This document shows positions 1 through 6,295 of a DNA stretch of 10,958 nt, one piece after another. Location: assembly GCA_964658025.1 (NCBI GenBank), contig CAZZXB010000101.1:1-10958 (forward strand), in the 5' to 3' direction. The stretch is from an uncultured Janthinobacterium sp. Its GTDB lineage: Bacteria > Vulcanimicrobiota > Vulcanimicrobiia > Vulcanimicrobiales > Vulcanimicrobiaceae. The first letter of the stretch is position 1; each line of letters opens with the position of its first letter. The translations under genes were made by a program, and so were the position numbers. The notes under the pieces were generated by a model that was given only the letters and a program-made list of their open reading frames with translations, did no database searches and was not told where the DNA came from.

Positions 1-2
1 GT

Positions 3-1199
3 CTGCGCGCGCTCGAAGCCGAAATCGACGCGCGCGAACGCGCGGGCGGTCTCGCGCTCGCCGAGCTCGAGTTCGCGCGCTTCGCGCTCGCGGAGATCGA
101 CGCGGTCGCGCCGCTCGCGGGTGAGGACGACGTGCTGCGCGACCGGCGCGATTATCTCGCGAACGTGGGACGGATCGCGGAAGCGCTCGGGAACGCGTAC
201 GAAGCGCTCTCGCTCGCCGAGGGATCGGCGGTCGAGGCGATCGGCGCGGCGTCGGCCGCGCTCGGTCCCGTCGCGCGGTACGACGCGGCCCTCGAGGCGA
301 TCGCCGCGAGTCTCGGCGCCCTGCAGAGCGACGCGAGCGATATCGCGAACGCGCTCGCGCGCGAACGCGAGCGCGCCGACTTCGATCCGCTCGAACTCGA
401 GGTCGCGACCGAACGTCTCGATCGTCTCGAGCGGCTGAAGAAGAAGTACGGCGCGACGCTCGCGGACGTGCTCGTCGCTCGCGAGGGATTCTCCGAGCGC
501 GTCGAGCGCGACGCGACGCGCGACGAACGCGACGCCCGCGCGCTCGCCGATCGCGATGCCGCGCGCACCGAGCTCGCGCGAGCGGCCGTCGCGCTTTCGG
601 CGATTCGCGAGCGCGCGGCGCGCGCGCTCGAAACGCGGATCGCGGGCGAACTCGCGACGCTCGCGATGCCGAACGCGCGGTTCGCGGTCCGGCTCGAGGC
701 GCTCGCGGAGATCGGTCGCAACGGCGCGGAACGCGCCGAGTTCGCGCTCGCCGCGAACGCGGGCGATCCGCCGCGTCCGCTCGCGCGCGCCGCGTCGGGT
801 GGCGAACTCTCGCGCGTGCTCCTGGCGCTCGTCGTCGTTCTCGCGGATCGGCGCGAACGGACGGCGCTCGTGTTCGACGAGATCGACGCCGGGATCGGCG
901 GCGCGACGGCCGCCGCCGTGGGAGAACGGCTCGGTTCGCTCGCGCGTCGCTCGCAGGTCGTGTGCGTGACGCATCTCGCGCAGCTCGCGTCGTGGGCCGA
1001 CCGTCACGTGCTCTTGCGTAAGCGGGAGCGACGCGACGCCACGCGCATCGACGTCGTGCGACTCGACGGGGCGCGCGAGATTCTCGAAGAAATCGCACGC
1101 ATGCTCTCCGGAACGACCGCCGCCGTCGCCCTCGAACACGCGCAAGCGCTCGTCGCCGGTGCGAGAACCGCCAAAGCCGCGCCGACGCCGCGCGCGTGA
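3..1199 (+). CDS. recN: DNA repair protein RecN, 5'-truncated by the window edge
   Basis: The frame is open from base 3 (LRALEAEIDARE...). It contains the coiled-coil segment 'ERLDRLERLKKKYG', ABC signature 'ASGGELSRVLLAL', Walker B 'LVFDEIDAGIGG', H-loop 'QVVCVTHLAQLA' and C-terminal 'EEIARMLSG', all typical of RecN. Confidence 0.97.
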   Translation: MRALEAEIDARERAGGLALAELEFARFALAEIDAVAPLAGEDDVLRDRRDYLANVGRIAEALGNAYEALSLAEGSAVEAIGAASAALGPVARYDAALEAIAASLGALQSDASDIANALARERERADFDPLELEVATERLDRLERLKKKYGATLADVLVAREGFSERVERDATRDERDARALADRDAARTELARAAVALSAIRERAARALETRIAGELATLAMPNARFAVRLEALAEIGRNGAERAEFALAANAGDPPRPLARAASGGELSRVLLALVVVLADRRERTALVFDEIDAGIGGATAAAVGERLGSLARRSQVVCVTHLAQLASWADRHVLLRKRERRDATRIDVVRLDGAREILEEIARMLSGTTAAVALEHAQALVAGARTAKAAPTPRA

Positions 1200-2269
1200 A
1201 ACCGAAACTTCTCGTCCTGCTCTCGCCGCTCGGTGAGGCGATGGCGCGCGACGTCGCGGAGACGTGTTCCGCGCTCGACGACGCCTACGACGTCCTCGCG
1301 CTCGTCCCGGCATCGGAACACGCGCGCTTCGATCGCTTCGCGCTCTCGACCGATTTTCGCGCGTCGGGGATCATCGGCATGGGCCGCTCGATCGCGCAGT
1401 TACGCCGCGTCGTCGAACGTTTCGCGCCGGACGTCGTGCACGCGCACGGCTTTCCGGCGACGTCGGTCGCGCTCGGAACCTTTCCGCTCGCGCTCGCGCG
1501 CCGCACGGTCGTGACGTTCCACGATCCCATGCGCGACAAGGAATTACCGACGAAGCTCGTCGATCGGCGCTTCCCGGGCTATCTCGACCGCGCGGCGGGC
1601 GTGACCGCGACGTATCCCTCGCTCGCGCGTTCGCTCGAGGAACGCTTCGGGCTCGCGCCGGATCGGATCGTCGTCGTCCCGCACGGCGTCGACGACGCGC
1701 TCGGCGCGGTCGAGCTCGCGCGTCCGGGCGGCCGACCCGGTCCGATCGTCGGCTGGTCGGGTTCGCTCGCGGCCGATCGCGCGTGGGAGACGGCGATCGA
1801 GGCGTTCGAGAAGGTTCGCGCGTCGCTCCCGGACGCGCGGCTCACGATCGCCGGAGACGGTCGCGCGCGCCAGTTCGTCGCGGCCTTGGTCCGGCGTCAG
1901 AATCTCGCGAACGTCGTGCGCTTCGCCGGTCGCGTTCGCGCCCGCGAACTCTTCGCCGAGATCGACGTCCTCGTCGTGCCGATCTCGCGCGACGCGCAAC
2001 CGCACAACGTCCTGGAAGGTCTCGCCGCGGGGATCCCCGTCGTCGCGAGTAATGGCGGCGCGCTCGCCGACGCCGTCGGCGACTTCGAGACGGGATGGCT
2101 CGTCGACGACGACGCCGCCGGGATCGCGCTCGGCGTCGAGACGGTCTGGTCGAACGTCGACGAGGCGTGGCGCGGCGCGGGCGCGCAGCGCGAAGAGGCG
2201 AGGATCCGTTACGGACGCGCGCACGCCGTCGCGGCGTACGAACGGATCTATCGCGCGATACCGGCGTAG
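1196..2269 (+). CDS. Glycosyltransferase family 4 (GT-B fold), 357 aa
   Basis: GT4 N-domain motifs 'FAPDVVHAHG', 'VVTFHD' and 'IVVVPHGVD'. C-domain motifs 'ARLTIAGDG', 'VRFAG' and 'DAQPHNVLEGLAAGIPVVASNGGALADAV'. The GTG start overlaps the recN TGA (GTGA, 1196-1199). Confidence 0.9.
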   Translation: MKPKLLVLLSPLGEAMARDVAETCSALDDAYDVLALVPASEHARFDRFALSTDFRASGIIGMGRSIAQLRRVVERFAPDVVHAHGFPATSVALGTFPLALARRTVVTFHDPMRDKELPTKLVDRRFPGYLDRAAGVTATYPSLARSLEERFGLAPDRIVVVPHGVDDALGAVELARPGGRPGPIVGWSGSLAADRAWETAIEAFEKVRASLPDARLTIAGDGRARQFVAALVRRQNLANVVRFAGRVRARELFAEIDVLVVPISRDAQPHNVLEGLAAGIPVVASNGGALADAVGDFETGWLVDDDAAGIALGVETVWSNVDEAWRGAGAQREEARIRYGRAHAVAAYERIYRAIPA

Positions 2270-2335
2270 CGAGCGACCGCGTCCCGCGCTCGATCGGGTC
2301 GACGCCGACGGGCGGAGGGCGTTTTCGGGCGGGAG

Positions 2336-2995
2336 CTACGGAGCGTTCGCGTTCGTCTCCGCAACGTAGGTCGATCCGGAATTCGGATCGACGTAGACGT
2401 CGCGTATCCGAAGCGCGGTCGGCGGCGACCGCGTGCAGGTCGCGGCGAGACAGGTCTCGATTTGCACGTGCCACGAGTCGTAGACGAATCGGTTTCGGTC
2501 CTCGCCTCCGACGAGTTCGTTCGTGACGACACGCACGACGCGTTCGCCGCGCGGTAGCGCCCCGATCGCCGTCCGAACCGCATCTCGCGCGGAGCCCACC
2601 CGCGGCGACTCGGCGATCGGACCGCCGAGCGTCGAGGTCACGAGGACGGCGGCGAGCACCAGCGTTCCGAGCGCGAGCGCGACGAGACTCAGTGCGAACG
2701 GCATGCGGACGTCGTCGACTTTGACGTCGCTCGCGAGCAGTAACGGCGTGTAGAACAAACGCCACAGACCGAGGGAGACCGAGGCCGCGAGCAGGACCCA
2801 ACTCGCGACGAGCGCGATCTGGAGATCGCGCGGATACGTCGTCGCGAACGCCGTGGTGAGGTTGATGCCGAAGAGCAGCGCCGCGCCGCCGAGGCTCGTC
2901 GTGACCTTCAATATATCCGCCGTGCTCGTGATCGCGTCGAACCGCGGATCGCGCGACTCGGCCTTCGCCGTCGATCGCACCGTCGGATCAGACAC
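2336..2995 (-). CDS. Hypothetical membrane protein, ~219 aa, with 3 predicted TM helices and a C-terminal PepSY-like domain
   Basis: Three hydrophobic segments: 'VTTSLGGAALLFGINL', 'IALVASWVLLAASVSLGLW' and 'FALSLVALALGTLVLAAVLVT'. The tail 'SARDAVRTAIGALP...SWHVQIE...VYVDPNSG' resembles the PepSY pattern. The likely GTG start at 2995 overlaps the upstream gene's end by 8 nt; the track's 3073 start adds only R/S-rich shadow sequence. Confidence 0.75.
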   Translation of the reverse strand: MSDPTVRSTAKAESRDPRFDAITSTADILKVTTSLGGAALLFGINLTTAFATTYPRDLQIALVASWVLLAASVSLGLWRLFYTPLLLASDVKVDDVRMPFALSLVALALGTLVLAAVLVTSTLGGPIAESPRVGSARDAVRTAIGALPRGERVVRVVTNELVGGEDRNRFVYDSWHVQIETCLAATCTRSPPTALRIRDVYVDPNSGSTYVAETNANAP

Positions 2996-3359
2996 CGATG
3001 GTACCGAACGGCGGCGGCCAGCGTGCGAACGACGCGGCGAGGTCGACGATGCCGAGCGTCGCGACGTCGTCACGCGCGCCGTACCGAGCCGTCGGGCCGT
3101 CGTCCCGATCGGTCGGGCCCCCGGTTCGATCGACGAGCGCGGTTTCGAAGAGCGAGAGCGCGGCGTCGCCGACCCGCGCGCGATCGAAGCTCGGGTCCGA
3201 GGCGAGCGCGTGCATTTTCGGAAAAAGTACGCCCGCGGCGAACGCTTGCGTGGTGTCCGGAACGACGACGCCCGTGCGCGCGTACGTCTCGCGGGCGGCC
3301 CGCGCGATCTCCGATTGAATCACGCCCGCGATATCCGGTTGCGGTGAATCGAGCGCCAT
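2988..3359 (-). CDS. Hypothetical helical protein, 123 aa, with a C-terminal RWPPPF motif
   Basis: ATG at 3359 with SD GGAGG (3369-3365) 5 nt upstream. Amino-acid composition is normal, and its end overlaps the start of the next gene. Confidence 0.75.
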   Translation of the reverse strand: MALDSPQPDIAGVIQSEIARAARETYARTGVVVPDTTQAFAAGVLFPKMHALASDPSFDRARVGDAALSLFETALVDRTGGPTDRDDGPTARYGARDDVATLGIVDLAASFARWPPPFGTIGV

Positions 3360-3418
3360 ACGAACCTCCGATTTCGGTCGCCGCGTCGCTCGGTATCCTT
3401 ACCGAACGCGCGTCCTCG

Positions 3419-3427
3419 ATTGTAGCA
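3419..3427 (-). promoter_or_regulatory. Candidate extended -10 promoter (TGCTACAAT) for the two-gene operon starting at 3359
   Basis: The minus strand reads TG-C-TACAAT, a close match to TGnTATAAT, ~60 nt upstream of the ATG in otherwise GC-rich DNA. Confidence 0.55.
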
Positions 3428-3860
3428 CCGTGCGGCGATCGATCGAGCGACCGCGTAAAGATTTTCGAACGAAGACTCGCTGCGAGATAGGCTATGTGGT
3501 CGGCTCGCTCGTCCGCTTCGATCGCGCACGCGAACGCCTACCCCGTCGTCGACTCGGTCGATCGGACCGGACGATCGGCGCGCTCCTCGAGCGCTTCGAG
3601 CCCGTTGGCCGGCGTCTCGTGCGCGCGAGCCGGTCCCCGATGCGTTTCGCCCGCGGAACGACGATCGCTCGCGTCGGCTCGGCAAACGGGTGCGACGTTT
3701 ACGGCACGATACGGCGACCTGCGCCAGCGGCAGCCCGAGCTTTCGCGATGCGTTAGCGGGCGCGGATGGGTCCTCGGCCGAACGGCTTTCGGTCGCCTCC
3801 GTCGCTTCGACGGCACGTCAATTCTTCGTTACGTTCGTCGCGATCGCTCGGCAAGCTCCG

Positions 3861-3975
3861 TTATTTAAACCGCTAAAATATATATCGCGGGAAAGTGCGC
3901 TAACGCGTATCGTTTCGAGCGGACCCTGACCGGCCGTATATGCGTTTCTGCGAATCACATATTTATGTAAACGCA
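3861..3975 (+). promoter_or_regulatory. AT-rich promoter/operator region upstream of the GNAT gene
   Basis: 21 of 25 bases at 3861-3885 are A/T, including TAAAAT (3874-3879). Inverted repeats: TGCGTTT (3941-3947)/AAACGCA (3969-3975) and ACATA-TT-TATGT (3957-3968). Confidence 0.4.
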
Positions 3976-4008
3976 ACTTTGCCCGTTACGTAGGGCGTCC
4001 GATATCGT

Positions 4009-4479
4009 ATGCGTATCAGACGTCTCAATCCCGACGACGAGGAAGCGTACCGCTCGATCTTCGACAGAACCACGAGAGAGGACCGGTACTTCCGGTTTTT
4101 CGTCGCCCTCGATCATCTCGACCCCGCGGACGTTCGGCGCGCCGTCGAAGATCGGGCGGATTCGATCGGCTACCTGGCGATGGAGAACGGACGCTCGCTC
4201 GGTGTGGCGCACGGTGAATTGCTCGAGGACGGTTCGGCGGAGCTGACGGTCCTGGTCGCCAAGGACGCGCGCCGTCGGGGCGTCGCGACGGCGTTGATAC
4301 GCGTGACGATCGCACACCTGCACGAACTCGGCGTGCAACGCATCGTCGCGTATTCGCTGCGAGAGAATTATACGTTTAGCGAGTTCGGGCGCTCCATCGG
4401 GCTCGAGGTGGAACGGGCCGAACGGCTGGAGATCCTCTGGACGCTCGCGCCGGAACGATCGTCGATCGAAGCCGCTTAG
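4009..4479 (+). CDS. GNAT family N-acetyltransferase (stand-alone Pat-like GNAT domain), 156 aa
   Basis: 'IRRLNPDDEEAY...EDRYFRFF' resembles the N-terminus of Pat/PatZ-type GNAT domains. Acetyl-CoA-binding motif A 'AELTVLVAKDARRRGVATAL' is present, followed by 'LRENY'. Confidence 0.9.
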   Translation: MRIRRLNPDDEEAYRSIFDRTTREDRYFRFFVALDHLDPADVRRAVEDRADSIGYLAMENGRSLGVAHGELLEDGSAELTVLVAKDARRRGVATALIRVTIAHLHELGVQRIVAYSLRENYTFSEFGRSIGLEVERAERLEILWTLAPERSSIEAA

Positions 4480-4497
4480 GGTGCGGCCTCGCGGCCC

Positions 4498-4854
4498 GTC
4501 CATCGGCGTCCACGAGTAACGCACGACGCAGCGCCGCGTGCGGTCGATACGATCGTAATCGGTCAGGTGGTTCGATGTAAGGGAAGCGTCTTTTTCCTGT
4601 GAACTCGGCCCCGACGTGCGGCGAGAGCACCTCTACGACGATCGTCGGAAAGCGCCGCGTCGCCGCTACGATCTTCGGGCACGCTCGACTCGAGCGGGTC
4701 GGCGTAGGACGAAACGAGAGCGTCGGCCGCGCGTCGTGCCGCACGAGCTCGCGGTCCGAATCTCGCACGAACCGAAGCCCGGTCCCGCGGCACCGCGGAC
4801 GGCGGCGAGATTCGAGATGATCGCCGCGTGCTCGTCGCCCCATCGTGCGGTCAC
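4498..4854 (-). pseudogene. Degenerate Uma2 (DUF820, PD-(D/E)xK) family endonuclease remnant
   Basis: Uma2-like segments occur in the correct order but switch frame repeatedly: 'EHAAIISNL' -> 'FVRDSDRELV' -> 'RAADALVS' -> 'FPTIVVEVLSP...EFTGK' -> 'LTDYDRIDRTRRCVVRYSW'. The usual N-terminus is missing. Confidence 0.7.
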
Positions 4855-6107
4855 GGTCCCGCGGGTCGGCCGAGCACGGCACGCGCGGCTGCGTTTCCCG
4901 CATGGACGGCCCACTCGAGAGGCGTCGCATCCCAAAGCGCGTCGCGTGCGTCGCGATCGGCACCGCGGGCGAGTAAGAATTCGAGCATCGCGACGTCGTT
5001 CGCGGCGGCGGCTTGGTGGAGCGGCGTACTATGTGCGTGCACGGGTAGGGACGCGTCGATGCTCGCACCGGCGTCGAGCGCGATCCGTGCGGCAGCAACG
5101 TGGCCTCCGATGACCGCGAGTCCGAACGCGATTCCGACGATCTCCGAATTCGCCGTCGGCAGGGCACTCGCGAGCGCGTCGACGTCGCCGAGCGCCGCGG
5201 CGATCGTCGCGTCGATCGGACACCCGTCGGCGACGAGGGTCGCGAGGATTTCGTATTCCGCGTAAGCCGCGGCGACGCAGATCGCGGATCGCGTCACGCG
5301 CGCGCCCGCACCGATCAGTTCTCGCACGAGCGCGCGTTGGTGACCCTGCTCGCGCGCGGCCGAACTCGACATCGCGAGCTCGAGCGCGTAATCGAGATCG
5401 CCCTGCTCGATACCGCGAGCGAGCATGACGCGCGCGATCTCGACGACGTTCGGCGGCATCCGTTCGACCGTCGTCGGATTGTTCGCGACGAACCAGAAGA
5501 GTTTGGGGTCGCGAAAGTATTGATGGCGCGAGGCTTTCCGATAGACGTCGGGACCGATGATGCGTTCGCGCAGTAATCGCGGTTCGGCGTCGACGAGCCG
5601 CGCGAGCGTTCGCGCGTCGCCCGCATGGAGCGCGTCGATCGCAGCGCGGAACGATGGATCGGAGACGGCGTCGCGATCGAGCAACCCGACGATCTTCGCT
5701 CGCTCCGGGCTCCCGCTCCGCCTCGCGACGTCGAGCGGAAGGCGTCCCTTCGCGTCGCGTTGCCATTCGAGCGCGCCCGCGACGATGAGCGCCTCGACGA
5801 CGGACGCCGGGCCCACGCGCGCGGCGATGTGGAGCGGCGTCTCGTCCGCGCCCCCGAGATTCGGGTTCGCGCCGTCGGCCAGGATCCGCCGCACGCGTTC
5901 GAGGTCGCCCGACCGGACGGCGGCGACGAGCGGATAGCGATCGTCGGCATCCGCGACGGATCGAAGAAGTTCGATCCAGCTGGGCTTCCCGTATTCGTTC
6001 GCGAGGCGTCGCTGCGCGACGGCGAGCGTGATTCCGAGACGGCGTGCGAAACGCTTCGCGTGCTTGCGAAGATATTCGGCGGACGCGCGCGGCGGAAGTT
6101 CGGACAT
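4851..6107 (-). CDS. Ankyrin repeat protein with a basic N-terminal helical domain, 418 aa
   Basis: ATG at 6107 with SD GGAGAGG (6121-6115). Ankyrin repeats: 'YPLVAAVRSGDLERVRRILADGANPN', 'ETPLHIAARVGPASVVEALIVAGA', 'STPLHQAAAANDVAMLEFLLARGAD' and 'ATPLEWAVHAGN'. The track's 6242 start runs through the structured leader. Confidence 0.9.
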   Translation of the reverse strand: MSELPPRASAEYLRKHAKRFARRLGITLAVAQRRLANEYGKPSWIELLRSVADADDRYPLVAAVRSGDLERVRRILADGANPNLGGADETPLHIAARVGPASVVEALIVAGALEWQRDAKGRLPLDVARRSGSPERAKIVGLLDRDAVSDPSFRAAIDALHAGDARTLARLVDAEPRLLRERIIGPDVYRKASRHQYFRDPKLFWFVANNPTTVERMPPNVVEIARVMLARGIEQGDLDYALELAMSSSAAREQGHQRALVRELIGAGARVTRSAICVAAAYAEYEILATLVADGCPIDATIAAALGDVDALASALPTANSEIVGIAFGLAVIGGHVAAARIALDAGASIDASLPVHAHSTPLHQAAAANDVAMLEFLLARGADRDARDALWDATPLEWAVHAGNAAARAVLGRPAGP

Positions 6108-6220
6108 GAGACGGCCTCTCCCACGAAGCCCGACGTCCGCAAGCGGGCAGGAAAGGTCGACCGATCGACGGCGTTCGTTCGGGTGGGCTCGGCCCTCTCC
6201 GCGGACGGGTGGCCTCCCGA
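6108..6220 (-). ncRNA. Candidate structured cis-regulatory 5' leader of the ankyrin gene
   Basis: Nested pairings: CGUCCGC (6207-6201)/GCGGACG (6140-6134), GGAGAGG (6200-6194)/CCUUUCC (6156-6150) and GAGGCC/GGCUUC. Small hairpins: GGGC-CGA-GCCC (6195-6185) and GUCGA-UCGG-UCGAC (6169-6156). No named family recognised. Confidence 0.55.
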
Positions 6221-6295
6221 TCGGCCGCCTTAGCGCTTCCAACGCAATTATTCGCCGTCCTCCGCGCGCACGATTCCGACGCGCCGGACGCGACC

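Noticed and set aside
2270..2335. Terminator between the convergent GT4 and membrane-protein genes (CGAGCG/CGCTCG stem, 2270-2292)
   Set aside because: A 6-bp stem with an 11-nt loop and no adjacent U-tract can arise by chance at this GC level.
3681..3745. c-di-GMP-I (GEMM) riboswitch suggested by GGCAAAC...GGCAGCC
   Set aside because: The GNRA-capped P2, the GACGCAAA junction and the tetraloop receptor are absent; only two short words match.
3944..3959. CRP/FNR site around TCACA (3955-3959)
   Set aside because: Only one half-site is present; there is no TGTGA-like partner at 6-nt spacing.
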